Assembly: GCA_951406725.2 (NCBI GenBank)
Contig: OX597825.1
Location: forward strand, 54,560,001 to 54,624,000
Direction of reading: 5' to 3'
DNA length: 64,000 nucleotides
Source of the DNA: Octopus vulgaris
Taxonomy: Eukaryota
The position numbers and the translations under genes were made by a program. Shown piece by piece: positions 1 through 13,048 of this stretch. The notes under the pieces were generated by a model that saw only the letters and a list, made by a program, of their open reading frames with translations, did no database searches and was not told the origin of the DNA. Numbering within the stretch: position 1 is the first letter of the stretch; each line of letters starts with the position of its first letter.

Positions 1-973
1 CGGATGCGATGCCGCTTCTAATTGCCTCTTCTAGCTTCTTAACTAGCTCACCCTCTACTCTATTTCTATCTATGGCTAGTGCTTTGCTGTACCTAATCGC
101 TTCTGCTTTTACTGCTCTCTTGAGGGCAAACCACCATTTGTTGTTGATGATGGCTCCCGTCAAAGCCCTCTTTACTAGTGTGCTAATCCGGTCTCTGAAA
201 ACTTGTCTCGATGGGAAAGACGCGTTTAGTTTCCAGTATCCGGGACCCTGCCTAAGTGTCTTACCTAAGTCTAGCGTACATGTCACAAGTTTGTGATCCG
301 TGTAGCTGACTATGTGGAATTGTGGACATCCTATGCTATCTCTATCTACTGTCCTACACAGTATCCTATCTAGATACGATCTCGATGACCCGATGCGGTT
401 GCTCCATGTCCACATTGGCGCATTCGGGTGGTCTAGTCGGAACCTGTCAGACAGTTGAAAGCGTCTGAGCAGGTCTCTGAGGCATTTGCATCCCCGTCTA
501 TTCCTATCTCTACCCACGTAGTCTACATGCGTGTCCAAGGTAGCATTCCAATCCCCCACTAAGAGTAAGGGACGAGACGTTCCCAAGAAAACTTCTAGAC
601 GTTGAAAGAAATCCGCCCGACCTGTTAAGGGCGGTGCGTAAACTGATACGAGTCGAAAAGCGCACCCATTGCTGCCGTCGACATCCAGGACGACCAGTCT
701 ACCCTCCGGGTCTACGAATATTGTCCTTACTTTGAGATCCAGACTCTTGTGAAAAAGTACCGCGGTGCCACTACCGCCCATTCTCGGCAGACAGGGGGAA
801 AAATAAATGTTGAACTGTCCGCCAAACATGGTCTTTAGGGCCCGCGGATTGTGGAGTCTGGTCTCGCTTATGGCTATGATTTCTAACTTATGTGACTTTA
901 TGTCATTTAAGAGGTACCCTTGTTTCCAAGGGGACCCCAAGCCACGCGCATTTACACAACCAATCTTGATCAT
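1..973 (-). CDS. LINE ORF2 N-terminus (apurinic-like endonuclease domain), truncated by window edge; absent from the ORF track because it has no stop in the window
   Basis: Manual translation: MIKIGCVNARGL...IAISETRL...SVYAPP...LVGDWNA...WTW...SYLDRI...YTDH...GPGYWKLN, which covers the APE motifs. Confidence 0.93.
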   Translation of the reverse strand, partial: MIKIGCVNARGLGSPWKQGYLLNDIKSHKLEIIAISETRLHNPRALKTMFGGQFNIYFSPCLPRMGGSGTAVLFHKSLDLKVRTIFVDPEGRLVVLDVDGSNGCAFRLVSVYAPPLTGRADFFQRLEVFLGTSRPLLLVGDWNATLDTHVDYVGRDRNRRGCKCLRDLLRRFQLSDRFRLDHPNAPMWTWSNRIGSSRSYLDRILCRTVDRDSIGCPQFHIVSYTDHKLVTCTLDLGKTLRQGPGYWKLNASFPSRQVFRDRISTLVKRALTGAIINNKWWFALKRAVKAEAIRYSKALAIDRNRVEGELVKKLEEAIRSGIAS

Positions 974-3000
974 AGTTCTAATGAATTAGAATACAGAGGG
1001 TTACTTACTGCTTTCTCCTCCGTTGGTTTGTCCTCGAGTAGATCCCAGTACAGTTTCTTTGTGAGATATTTTTGGCATTTACCAACCGCACTGGGGAAAA
1101 TGCCTTTGAGTGTGTGGTGCAGACTTTTGGAGATGTGTAATATTTTGATGTGGTCTGGTGGTGTTGTGTATGGGTGATTGTTTGTTTTTATGTCATCTTC
1201 TGTTATGTTTGTTTTTGATTGGATGTATTCCATTAAATTTGTGTTTTTGGTGTCTATGGCTGTGAGCATGTTTGCTGTATATGTTTTGGTGGTGTTGGTG
1301 TGGCTGTTGTTTGCGTTGGGTTTTGAAATGTCTTCGGGAGATGTATTTCCCCCTACTTTGTTCGTGTTTGCATTTGGTTTGGTTGTGTTTCTGCTCTTTA
1401 TTTTCCTTCTTTTTGTAGCTATTTGCCATTCCTCACTGGTTTCGTCTTCCGACGAAATTTCTGAGGAATCAGAAGGGGGTAGGGGTATGTTGTGGGCTTC
1501 TATGTATGTCTGTGTAAGTGGTTGTGTTGTTGTTTTCGTTGTTGTTGGTTGTTGAGTGTTTGTGTGTGTTGAGTGCGGTATAAGGGATGGGGGATCAGTT
1601 TGTGTGTGTTTTCTTTGTTTTTCTGTTCCTTTGGGTTTTGCTGTTGTTGGTGGTGTTGGTATTTTTCCAGGTGTTGAGTGGTTTTTGGTTGATGACGGAT
1701 TAGCTTGGTGTGCTTCTCTTGTCGTCTTCTGTGTTGATGGTGGTGTGGGTAGTAGAGCTTTTTTTCCGGAGTGCTTTGGTTGTGGTAGTGGTTGTTGTTG
1801 TTGCTCTTGGTGTGCAGTGGTTGGGCACGTCTTTTTCAAGTGTGTTTCGCTTCCACACAAATAGCAGCGTGGTCGCCTGCCCTCAACCACTATATAGAGT
1901 TTGTAGCCTCCTGGCAGTTCTATAGAGGTGGGTATCTTCTCTCTTGCTGCTTCATCCAATTGAAGCAGGAATTCGATTGATTTGCCCACATAGTCTTTCT
2001 CTCCTAGAACCGCGATTTCCAGGATGTTTGTCTCTGACATTGTCTCTGACATTTCAAAGCAGATGGCAGAGACCAACCATTGTGTTTCGACATCAAATGG
2101 TATGTTTTTTATTTGGACTTTCGTGACCCTTTTGTTTAAATAGACTGGTATCATTACCAAGTCGTCCGAATGTAGCTCCAATGTGGAAAAACGTTTTGCT
2201 AAACTTTCGTTGAGGAAACGTACTTGGACTGTACCAAATTTGTTTCCCCAACTGATATATTCCTTGGAGTCCCATGCAGGACGAAGGCATTTTTCGATTT
2301 TTTCCTGCGGTGCGTTTTCTGTTCTTCTTGTTTTTTTGTTTATTACTTTATAAATTATTGTTTTTTTTTTGGTGTTTTCCACGATGTGTTGTGGAATGTG
2401 AAGGTGCAATTTGTCTCCTTCTTTGGAGAAGAGTGCCTTTGTGCGGTTTATCTCTTGTGTGGTGAATGTTACAATTGTTCTTTTTTGTTTTGTTACGTCC
2501 GCAAAATTCGTTTTGAATTTGGCAGTAGAAGTGTTAATTGTGGCAGTGTTAATTGAAGTCATGGTAGTGGTGTTGGTGTTGGCGGTATTAGCAGTAGAAG
2601 GCTTGGATGTAGCATTTGACGTCGTAGTAGTGGTGTTGGTGTTGGCGGTGTTGTCTTTGGTAGGCGGCTTTGTGCCAATTTCGTTGTTGTTGTTGTTGGT
2701 GGTGATGGTGGTGGTGCTGGCATTCATGTTTTCGTTTGTATTCATTTTTGAAATCCCTTTCTCTGTCCCTTTATCATCAACAAGTGGTGTGGGGAGTGAG
2801 GGGAAATCTAAGTTAATGTCTTTGGTCGCGGCGATGGTGAATGCGGCGTTAGATTTGTTGTTGTTGTTGGTGGTGGTGGTGATGGTGGTGACAGCGGTGT
2901 TCACGCTGCGATGTTTAGTAGTTAGTGGTAGCAATAGTGTTTTGCTACCGTTCTGCATGACTGGCGGGCTAGCCACGTGGTTTCTAGTTGCCATTTTCAA
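970..3000 (-). CDS. LINE ORF1 (gag-like nucleic-acid-binding protein, 676 aa)
   Basis: Intact ORF with CX2CX4HX4C knuckle (CYLCGSETHLKKTC), preceded by an RRM-like region (VQIKNIPFDV); Thr/Asn/Pro-rich disordered flanks. Confidence 0.88.
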   Translation of the reverse strand: MKMATRNHVASPPVMQNGSKTLLLPLTTKHRSVNTAVTTITTTTNNNNKSNAAFTIAATKDINLDFPSLPTPLVDDKGTEKGISKMNTNENMNASTTTITTNNNNNEIGTKPPTKDNTANTNTTTTTSNATSKPSTANTANTNTTTMTSINTATINTSTAKFKTNFADVTKQKRTIVTFTTQEINRTKALFSKEGDKLHLHIPQHIVENTKKKTIIYKVINKKTRRTENAPQEKIEKCLRPAWDSKEYISWGNKFGTVQVRFLNESLAKRFSTLELHSDDLVMIPVYLNKRVTKVQIKNIPFDVETQWLVSAICFEMSETMSETNILEIAVLGEKDYVGKSIEFLLQLDEAAREKIPTSIELPGGYKLYIVVEGRRPRCYLCGSETHLKKTCPTTAHQEQQQQPLPQPKHSGKKALLPTPPSTQKTTREAHQANPSSTKNHSTPGKIPTPPTTAKPKGTEKQRKHTQTDPPSLIPHSTHTNTQQPTTTKTTTQPLTQTYIEAHNIPLPPSDSSEISSEDETSEEWQIATKRRKIKSRNTTKPNANTNKVGGNTSPEDISKPNANNSHTNTTKTYTANMLTAIDTKNTNLMEYIQSKTNITEDDIKTNNHPYTTPPDHIKILHISKSLHHTLKGIFPSAVGKCQKYLTKKLYWDLLEDKPTEEKAVSNPLYSNSLEL

Positions 3001-3219
3001 AATGAAAAATGGCTAAAAAACCCACGAAAGTTTTGAAAGTTTTTTTGTAATTTCGCCCATACAGGGGCGGAATTCTACGTGAATAATTCTCAGGTTTTTT
3101 AGTGAATGAACTTGCACAACGATTAAAACAAAATATTTGACAACAAGGAGTTTTAAACATGTAAAAGTGGCCAACTTACGTGGAGCCGATATGACTATCG
3201 TCCGTCCATTGTGAGTGAG

Positions 3220-3323
<104 letters not shown>

Positions 3324-4306
3324 GCATTCAGTAGAATTATGTCCTGTAATTAATATCCACATAACTTGATAGAGAAGGAAAATCGAATTTTGAATAAATT
3401 GCTCTTGTGTTTCCTAATCATTGATTTGGAAAATATATATACCAAAGCTTAAGTAACGTCAGTCAAACCAAACTGGACTTTCCAATAATCACTCGAGCAA
3501 ACACAAAAACTCATATGACAATAATTAACGGCACTGATTTGTTTACTGTTGGTTATGCTTCTTAATAGGTGAGTTACTGTTTCTGATACTGAAAGACATG
3601 CAACACATTTGAACGCTAAAACGTAATATATATCCAACTGGACTCTAAACAGCTCAGTGTTGTTGAATGACCTCGAATTATGTCCTAACGTCAGTAAAAA
3701 TAAACAAAAGTAACTTTGGGTAATTTATTTCTAGTTAAATTTCGTGTGAATAAAAGACACGATCACGGCTGGAATGCCTTTAATCAAGGTTCTACTTAAT
3801 CGTCAGTACACTTAAAATGTGACCCTCATTTTCTGTGCGGAGTGAAGTTGTTACCTGATTTGTATAGGGCTGTAATTTTACTTAACGAATATATAAACAA
3901 CTCCAGGTCAAAGTCGGTGAAGTTGATTTACTTCAAGTACATTTCAGACTTAGCTATTAGTCATTTTATACAACTAGAAACACATTCTTTAAAGTGTCCC
4001 TGTTTTAAGACAAAAAATATATTGTGAGATTGGTAATTTAGCCGTTATTTGTATTAGGTTCATTGACAACGTATTGGCTCATTTGCTGGATTTACAGTGG
4101 CAGTTTTTTTTCCTATCCTTGTTGACTTTTATCTTGTATTTTTTATCTTTTATTTGTTTCAATCATTAGACTGCTGGGGCACCGTCTTCAAAAATTTGTA
4201 GTCGAAAGAATCGACCCTAGTAATTATTTTGTATTAAGCCTGCTATGTATTTTTTATATTGTTCTCTTTTAGCCGAACCGTTAGATAACGGGGAGGTAAA
4301 CATACC

Positions 4307-4537
4307 TATTTCTTTATTACCCACAAAGGGCTAAACACAGAAGGGACAAACAAGGACAGACATAGGTATTAAGTCGATTACATTGACCCCAGTCCGTAGC
4401 TGGTACTTAATTTATCGACACCGAAAGGATGAAAGGCAAAGTCGACCTCGGGAGAATTTGAACTCACAACGTAAAGGCAGACGAAATACCGCTAAGCATT
4501 TCGCCCGGCATGCTAACGTTTCTGCCAGCTCGTCGCC
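4307..4537 (-). mobile_element. tRNA-derived SINE family A copy with Tx1-like 3' tail, nested in a family B SINE (4148-4306 and ~4560-4620)
   Basis: Minus strand reads GGCGACGAGCTGGCAGAAACGTTAGC...GAGTTCAAATTC (A/B-box-like)...GTCGACTTTGCCTTTCATCCTTTCGG core, which recurs about 10 times in the window. Confidence 0.8.
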
Positions 4538-5426
4538 TGTTTTCTGCCAGCTCATCACCTGTCTGTCAACGGTTGTCAAGTGGTGGGGAAGACAAACACA
4601 GAGACAAATACACACTGACGTATACGTACATACATACATACATACATACATACATACATACATACATACATACATACATACATACATTCCCCTCTTAGGA
4701 TTCGAAATATTGACATTTCCGCTTCAACCCATTGTCGGTTAAATATCGACCCACGAAATATATTTATATCTCAAGTCAACCATATTGTCAGTAAAGGGGA
4801 AACGAAAGCAAAATAGTGACGAAAAAATTCTTAAATGTTAAATTAAATGTGAAAATAATGCAATGATGAAAATTATAAATGCTGTTAAAAGGAAAACGGG
4901 TGTGGCGTATAAACATTTAACCCTTTAACGAGAGGGGTAATGAATAAAAGATGACTTGTATGACATGCTTGAGGTCCGGGTTAAGATAATGTTACCCGTT
5001 AAACATAAACACTTGAGATGAAAGGTTATATACGGATGTTTTATCTTTTCATAACACACAGAAAGAAGAGGGTGTGGTATTTATGCTATACCACATAGAC
5101 ACATACATACATACATAAATATATACACACATACACATATACATACACACATATACACACTTACATGTAGGAACTTACTACATACACGAACACTCAATCG
5201 TACATCGTACGTAGAATAAACAATACACATTTACACATACATATTCAAATATAAACATACATCACAGATATAGACACAAGCGCATAATATGTATATAATA
5301 TATTCGCTTTATTAAATTTGGTGTTAAACTTGATTGTCATATTTTCTTTTTTTCTCTTCTACTACGACCACAGTTACAACAACAACTACTACTACTACTA
5401 CTACTAATAATAATAATAATAATAAT

Positions 5427-5495
<69 letters not shown>

Positions 5496-5706
5496 CCTTT
5501 CTACTATAGGCAGAAGGCCTGACATTTTGGGGGAGTAGAATAGTCGATCACATCGACCCCAGCGCGTAACTGGAACTCATTTCATCGACTCCAAAAGGAT
5601 GTAGGGCAAAGTCAACTTCGGCGGAATTTGAGCTCAGAACTAAAAAACGGACGCAATACCCTAAGCATTTTTCCCGGTGTGGAAAAGTTTCTGCCAGCTC
5701 ATCCCC

Positions 5707-5707
<1 letters not shown>
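5496..5707 (-). mobile_element. SINE family A copy between (AAT)n tracts
   Basis: Same head and core as 4307-4537; tail ...CCTATAGTAGAAAGGA(TTA)n. Confidence 0.8.
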
Positions 5708-5788
<81 letters not shown>

Positions 5789-5837
5789 TAGCAATGACAA
5801 TAATGATGATGATAATAATAATTATAATAAAAATAAA

Positions 5838-6112
5838 AGGGATGTCAGCAACATCTAGACAACATCCAAGGAAAATCCTGTCTCAGAGAAAACTTTAAAA
5901 TTGTGCTGACAAGTACTCCCCATATCCTTAGAAAAACCCTATCAATTTAAATGTCTGTGTTGTATCACATGAAGATATTTCGCTGCTGACCCATTCACTT
6001 CCTCTCCCCAGTCTTTCAGTCATACTATAAATCTCATATCTTTCACTCGCCCTATGACGCTGGGTGTGCCTCCGCAAGTGATTGTAAGAAACATACAGAT
6101 TAAAGGTAAATA
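5838..6112 (+). mobile_element. R4/Dong-like RLE LINE 3' fragment
   Basis: Encodes ...KIVLTSTPHILRKTLSI* followed by a 3'UTR, flanked by (AAT)n and (AAC)n. Confidence 0.7.
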
Positions 6113-6174
6113 GCAACAGCAGCAACAACAACAACAACAACAACAACAGCAACAACAGCAACAACAACAACAAC

Positions 6175-6236
<62 letters not shown>

Positions 6237-6851
6237 GTCGGCATTACAATATCAAAACTGCCGACAAGTGGTATAATCACCACTCTGAGGCTGTAACTGA
6301 AGGAGAAAATGTAATCATTCTGTGGGACTTTCCAGTACATACAGACCGAACCATCAAGGCCAATAAACCAGATATTGTTGTGAAAGACCAAAACAATAAA
6401 GTTTGCTTATTGATCGACATGAGCATCCCCTGTGATCATAATATCTCAGCGAAAGAGTTTGACAAGCTCAGAAAATATAAAGACCTACTCATTGAAATTG
6501 AGAAAATGTGGCATCTCAAGGCGGTTACAATACCAGTGATCGTAGGAGCACTAGGAATGATCAAGAAGGGAACCGAAAATTATATGAGAATGATCCCTGG
6601 CTTACCATCCCTGCAAGAAGTGCAAAAGATTGTCTTAACTGGTACATCACACGTATTGAGAAGAGCATTGTCGATGTGAGAACTGTTGCTGCTCATGTAT
6701 TTTAATTTAACTTTAAAAAAAAAAAAAAAAAATGAACGAACTACTGAGTTTGGTTTAATGGCCTACCAATGTATGCTATGAGTTTCTTTGCCCTAGGAGT
6801 CGGGAAGACACTCGGCAAGAAATAGAAGCAAATTTGAAAGAAGAAAAAAAA

Positions 6852-6852
<1 letters not shown>
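6237..6852 (+). mobile_element. R4/Dong-like RLE LINE 3' fragment (restriction-like endonuclease domain)
   Basis: ILWDFPVHTDRTIKANKPDIVVKD...LIDMSIP...KEFDKLRKYKDL...PVIVGALG...HVLRRALSM*, a PD-(D/E)xK RLE; (AAT)n on both sides. Confidence 0.88.
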
Positions 6853-6910
<58 letters not shown>

Positions 6911-6911
<1 letters not shown>

Positions 6912-8773
6912 CCGTCCTACTGGGAATCAGAACGCACATTCGGTCTGGGGCATAGAAGAAGCCAACGCCCAAATCAAATATCAAAAATGGCAGGATATAA
7001 CAACTGAAGAAGTAAAAGCGGCGCTCGCTAAGTCAAAGAAATGAAAATCCCCAGATATAGATGCGATTCCAAATTTTTGGCTAAACTCTTTAATGAGCAC
7101 CCACCACAACTTTGCCGTAGCACTAAATGAAGTCATGTCCAACTCTACGAAAGCCCCAAAGTGGCTTACAGAAGGGATTACGTATCTCTTACCAAAAACA
7201 GAAGAAACTGCTAACCCGCTAAAATACCGACCCATTACGTGTCTCACCACCATATTTGCGAATAGAGCATATAAATTCTTGGACAATGAGAAGTTATTTC
7301 CAGTGGAACAAAAGGGATGTAAAAGGCGTTCATATGGATGTAAAGACCAGTTACTGATTAATAAAATGAGCATTGAAAATTGCAAATCCAAATGCAGAAA
7401 CCTTAGCCCCTCTTGAATGGATTACAGGAAGGCTTTTGACAGTGTCCCTCATGCATGGATCATCAAGGCCCAGGAAATTTACAAGATAGTTCCAACAATT
7501 GTGAACTTTTTAAAAGTAATCATGAATTCCTGGAGAACCAGCCTCATTTTAAACCATACACAATTATATACCACCTCACCAGACGTCAATATCGCCTATG
7601 GTATCTTTTAAGGTTACACATTTTCTCCATTACTATTTTGCCTCGCTCTTTTCGCATTGTATACGCAACTGAATAAGAGAGAGTATAAGATATTTGACCA
7701 GAAATTTAAGCATCTACTGTCTATGGATGATCTAAAACTGTTTGCCAAATTAGAGGAGCTCCTGAATATTGTCAAAGAATTCAGCTCTGATATAGGTATG
7801 GAATTCGGAGTTGTTAACTGCGCAAAGGCTACTTTCAAGGCAGGGAAGTTCATAAAGGCAGAAAACATAGAACTTGATACTACCACAGCTATTCGAAACC
7901 CAGACCAATCTCAAATATACAAATATCTGGGAACCAATGAATGTGATGGTATCCAGCACTCTAAACTGAAAGAGAAAATCTGCAAGGAATGTTACCGAAG
8001 GATAAGGATGGTGCTAATGGAACTGATGCGATCAATTCTTTGGTCATCCCAGTAACCACTTATAGCTTCGGTTTCATGAAATGGAGTCTCACAGGCATGC
8101 AGAAAATGGATGGAAGATCGGTAAAATCCTTACAAGGTACCGAACGCACCATCCAAAATCAGATGCAGACAGCATTTATCTCCCAAGAAAAATAGGTGGA
8201 AGTGGCCTGATACAGCTCGAATAATCCTTCAAATCAGCAATAATAAGCTTTGAAACGCACTTTAATACCACAAGTGATGTGCTCTTACGAACTGAACTGA
8301 AGTATGAAGATTCCAAGCAAGCTTCAGTCATGAAGCGTTGTAAGAAATTTAAAAAGCCTCGTGGCCTACAAGTTAACAATAAGCATGACCAAAGACACCC
8401 GAATACTGACAAACCTACCATTGATAAGTGGTACTACATCCAGAGGATCTAGTAAATGGTGAGGGCGTTACCATCCTTTGGAACTTCCCAATACAAATAG
8501 AAAAATTGACTCCAATTGACCAGACATTGTCATCAAAGATTACAACAGAGGAACTTGTCTGTTAATAGATGTGTCTGTCACACGAGATCAAAATGTCTCA
8601 ATAAAGGAATACGAAAAGCTTTCTCTCGATAAAGAGCGGCAAATTGGAATCACAAAAATGTGGAGGCTTAGTGCTCCAATAAGACCAGTAGCAATTGGAG
8701 CGTTGGGAACTATATTAAGCAACTCCCTGGTAAATCTCCGTGAACTACAAAAGATAACCTTGATGGGTACAGC

Positions 8774-8817
<44 letters not shown>

Positions 8818-8940
8818 TACGGAAAGCACTCTCTATCTAAAATGGAATAAATGTGGTGATAATTTTAGCAGGCTTAGCAATACAAAATGCCTGGTACTAA
8901 GGCAGCTGAAATAAAGTTATAATGAAAGGAAACTATAAAA
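6911..8940 (+). pseudogene. Decayed R4/Dong-like LINE: RT and RLE fragments with frameshifts, stops and internal deletions
   Basis: WLTEGITYLLPK, KYRPITCL, EQKGCKR, DYRKAFDSVPHAWI, HLLSMDDLKLF, YKYLG, GGSGL, RPVAIGALG; ends in (AAT)n. Confidence 0.88.
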
Positions 8941-8962
8941 ATAATAATAATAATAATAATAT

Positions 8963-9357
8963 TCATTTCTACTATAGATACAAAACCCGAAATTTAGGAG
9001 GAGGGGGCTAGTCGATTAGATCGACCCCAGTACACAACTGGTACTTAATTTATCGACCCCGAAAGAATCAAAGGCAAAGTCAACCTCGGCAGAATTTGAA
9101 CTTAGAACGTAAAGATAGACGAAATACCTATTTCTTTACTATCCACATGGGGTTAAACACAGATAGGACAAAAAAAAACAGACAAACGGATTAAATCGAT
9201 TACATCGGCCCAGTGCGTAACTAGTACTTATTTAATCGACCCCGAAAGGATGAAAGGCAAAGTCGACCTCGGCGGAATTTGAACTCAGAACATAGCGGCA
9301 GACGAAATACCGCTAAGCATTTTGCCCGGCTTGCTAACGATTCTGCACGCACGCCTC
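8963..9357 (-). mobile_element. Two fused SINE family A copies (8963-9128 and 9129-9357)
   Basis: Core ATCGACCCCGAAAG(G)AT(G/C)AAAGGCAAAGTC(A/G)ACCTCGGC occurs twice; the second copy carries the Tx1-like tail. Confidence 0.8.
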
Positions 9358-9363
9358 CTTATA

Positions 9364-9791
<428 letters not shown>

Positions 9792-9810
9792 AATAATAAT
9801 AATAATAATA

Positions 9811-9864
<54 letters not shown>

Positions 9865-9883
9865 GTTATTATTATTATTATTA

Positions 9884-9950
<67 letters not shown>

Positions 9951-10386
9951 TATTATTATCATTATTATTACTATATTATGAAGAAGCAGTTAGCCTCATT
10001 ATAGCAGCTCAAGTTCAGGTGTTAAAAAAAAAACTTCAGAAAATACGCCTAAAATGAGAAATGTAGAGTATGAGGAATCCGGAATGAGACAGTGCCACAC
10101 ATTGTTGCAAAATCTCCCAAGTTGGTAGATTCCCAAGTAGATTCCCAATGCTACATTCATTTACTCACATAGTAGTAGTAGTAGCAGTAGTATTAGTAGT
10201 AGTAGTAGTAGTAGTAGTAGTAGACGACATCGGAAGTGCCAGGTAATTGACTTTGCAGTCTCAAATGATGAGAAATCAATATGAGAGGTGTATAGGATAC
10301 ATAGGACGGGTCTTGGAATTTAAGGTTACTTATATCCTGATGTTAGAATTTTTTTTCCAGCAGTTTAATCTGTTGTGCCTATTTGA

Positions 10387-10469
<83 letters not shown>

Positions 10470-10486
10470 TGATGATGATAATGATA

Positions 10487-10541
<55 letters not shown>

Positions 10542-10542
<1 letters not shown>

Positions 10543-11050
10543 AAAAAGATGATATGGGTACACGCCGGAAAAGGTCACGGAAAATGAGGAAGCAACCATA
10601 CTATGCGATATGCCAATACACAGAAGTAAAGCGATTAAGGCCAATAGGCCGGATATAGTTGTCATAGATCACCAAGAAAAAAATGCTTTCTAATCGATGT
10701 ATCAATACCAACAGATAACAATGTTTCTCTTAAAGAAATGGAAAAACATTCAAAATATAAAGATCTGGAAATAGAGCTAACGCGAATGTGGAGTCTAGAA
10801 ATAGGAACAATTCTTATCATAATACACACATTAGGTATGATAAAAAAATATTCAGACAAATACATTACAAAAACACCAGGACTAACAAATATATATAACA
10901 TATAGAAAACAGCACTACTAGGCACCGCACACATCCTACGTAAAACACTTTCAATACATTAACAATAAGAGCATCTCAACAAACCAAAGCCCATACTCAA
11001 GGCGCTCGATAGTCCAATGGAAGCACGTGATAAAAATAAGACAACTGAAT
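10542..11050 (+). mobile_element. R4/Dong-like LINE 3' fragment (RLE domain)
   Basis: TILCDMPIH...ANRPDIVVID...LIDVSIP...KEMEKHSKYKDLEIE...LGTAHILRKTLSIH*; followed by (AAT)n. Confidence 0.85.
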
Positions 11051-11066
11051 GATACTAATGATGATG

Positions 11067-11133
<67 letters not shown>

Positions 11134-12091
11134 GTTATTTCATTTTTTAGTAAGTGCAAACTCCCATCTTATAGCATCGTCGGTCAGAGTAGTTGCTTGG
11201 ACAAGCCCTCGTTTTTTACTGGTATATCTTTAATTTCAGGATATTTTTGTCAACCACGATGTTACTACTCCCGAACGTCTCTATTTTTCTATAATTATTT
11301 CCCGCCTTTATTAAACTGACATTTATCGGCTGCCATTAGAAAAACAATCGTATTTTAGTTTACGTTCTTCCATCTTTATTAGCTTGTTATTTTTATGTTT
11401 CCAAAGTGAAGCCTTGCTATTATTATGGTGCAGATGTATTAATAATGCATTAGTGCTAAGATAATGGGGTTTGACAGGTATATAAATATTTATGATAGGT
11501 AATTACTACAACCCTTGACGGCCGGCTAAAATATGAGTATATAGCTATATGTGCATATATATGTGTATTTGTGTGTATGAGAGGGAGAAGAGAAGCCACA
11601 GATATAGAACGGCTGTGCGTCTATATTAATGTGGGTTTCAGTGTGCATGTGTGTGTATGTGTGTGCATGTGTATGTGCGTGCGTGCTAAATCACCTCACT
11701 GCCTTCGCTGAGTTTCTCCTGTTCAGTGATCTATTGAGGACGTATTAAATACTCTGCTGTTTTACAAGACATATAAAACAATTGCTACTACGTACACATA
11801 TAATACAATTATACTCACACACACACACATAAGCATACACTTGCAATCACCCATTGACACTCGACACACATACCCACGCAATCACGCGCACATATACTCT
11901 CACACATTCATATGTATACACACATGCACACACTTTCTCACACACTCACATATTCATACATTCACAGATACACAGCATATACATATACCCGCAAGCACAC
12001 ACTCACATACACAAGCTCAACATGGTCCTCCAACGTTTGTCGACGATAACTCTTTTGTCCTAGTTGTTCAATCAGCAATCGCTTTTTTTTA

Positions 12092-12390
12092 TTTGTTCCT
12101 TCTCAAGCCATGCCTGGCTCATAGGGCCGGTTTCCTGGTTTCCTTGGCGTATCGGTTCCCCACCTGGATGGGACACCGGTCCGTCGCAGGTGAGCTGCAA
12201 GATGCAGGAAGAAAGAGTGAGAGAAAGTTATGGCGAAAGAGTCAGCAGAAGCTCGCCATTACCTTCTGCCGGAGCCGCATGGAGTATAGGTGTTTCGCTC
12301 ATAAACACACATCAACCGGTCTGAAATTCGAACCCGCGATCCCTCGACCGCGAGTTCGCTGCTCTAACCACTAGGCCATGTGCCTCCACA
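12092..12390 (-). mobile_element. tRNA-derived SINE family C copy
   Basis: Head GGAGGCACATGGCCTAGTGGTTAGAGC...GGTTCGAATT (A and B boxes). Related copies at 17560-17800, 28770-29146 and 44512-44775. Confidence 0.78.
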
Positions 12391-12949
12391 ATCAGCTATC
12401 ATTGGATTAGCATAAGTGTGGCTGATTATTCCACAGAGATGTGTATCTTTAATTAACCCTCATACAAAATTAGAGCGGCACAACGGGTGACAAGAGTTGT
12501 TCATGAAGTTACATTTACTATCCATGGATGCTCTTCCTGCCGGTTCCTGTCACCAAACTTTCGTTCTGTATGATTGTTTCAATTCGATGTGACTGTGATG
12601 AATCTGAGTATGTGAGTTTGTGCATGTGTGAGTACGTATATGTTGTGCGTGTGATGTGATGTTTTGTGTGTGTGTATGTATGTATGTGTATATGTGTTTT
12701 GTGTGTGTGTATGAGTGGATGAATGTTAGAATTTGTGAAGTTGTGGGGAAAATGTATGCATATGTATATGTGTGAATGTGTGAGAATATGTGTACGCGTG
12801 GATGCATGTATGTGTGTAAATGTGTGAGCGCGTGTTTGTGTGAAAGAGAGAATACCCTCAATCACTTTGCTGTGCTTTCGTTTTCTAACATACACACATA
12901 CTTACATGTATATATGAGCGTAAATAGATAGACAGACAGAGAGACAGAC

Positions 12950-13048
<99 letters not shown>

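Noticed and set aside
1178-3016. Val/Leu-rich + strand ORFs that look like membrane proteins
   Set aside because: Antisense shadows of the Thr/Asn-rich LINE ORF1; the same applies to 56525-57340.
11240-11480. Candidate upstream or signal-peptide exon (TTTCAG...CAG|GTAT)
   Set aside because: Stops interrupt the frames examined and the donor is weak; it could be a UTR exon but is unsupported.
12320-12390. tRNA gene-like sequences (also ~29070-29146, 40293-40365)
   Set aside because: They are SINE heads continuing into shared SINE bodies; no complete cloverleaf with acceptor stem and terminator.
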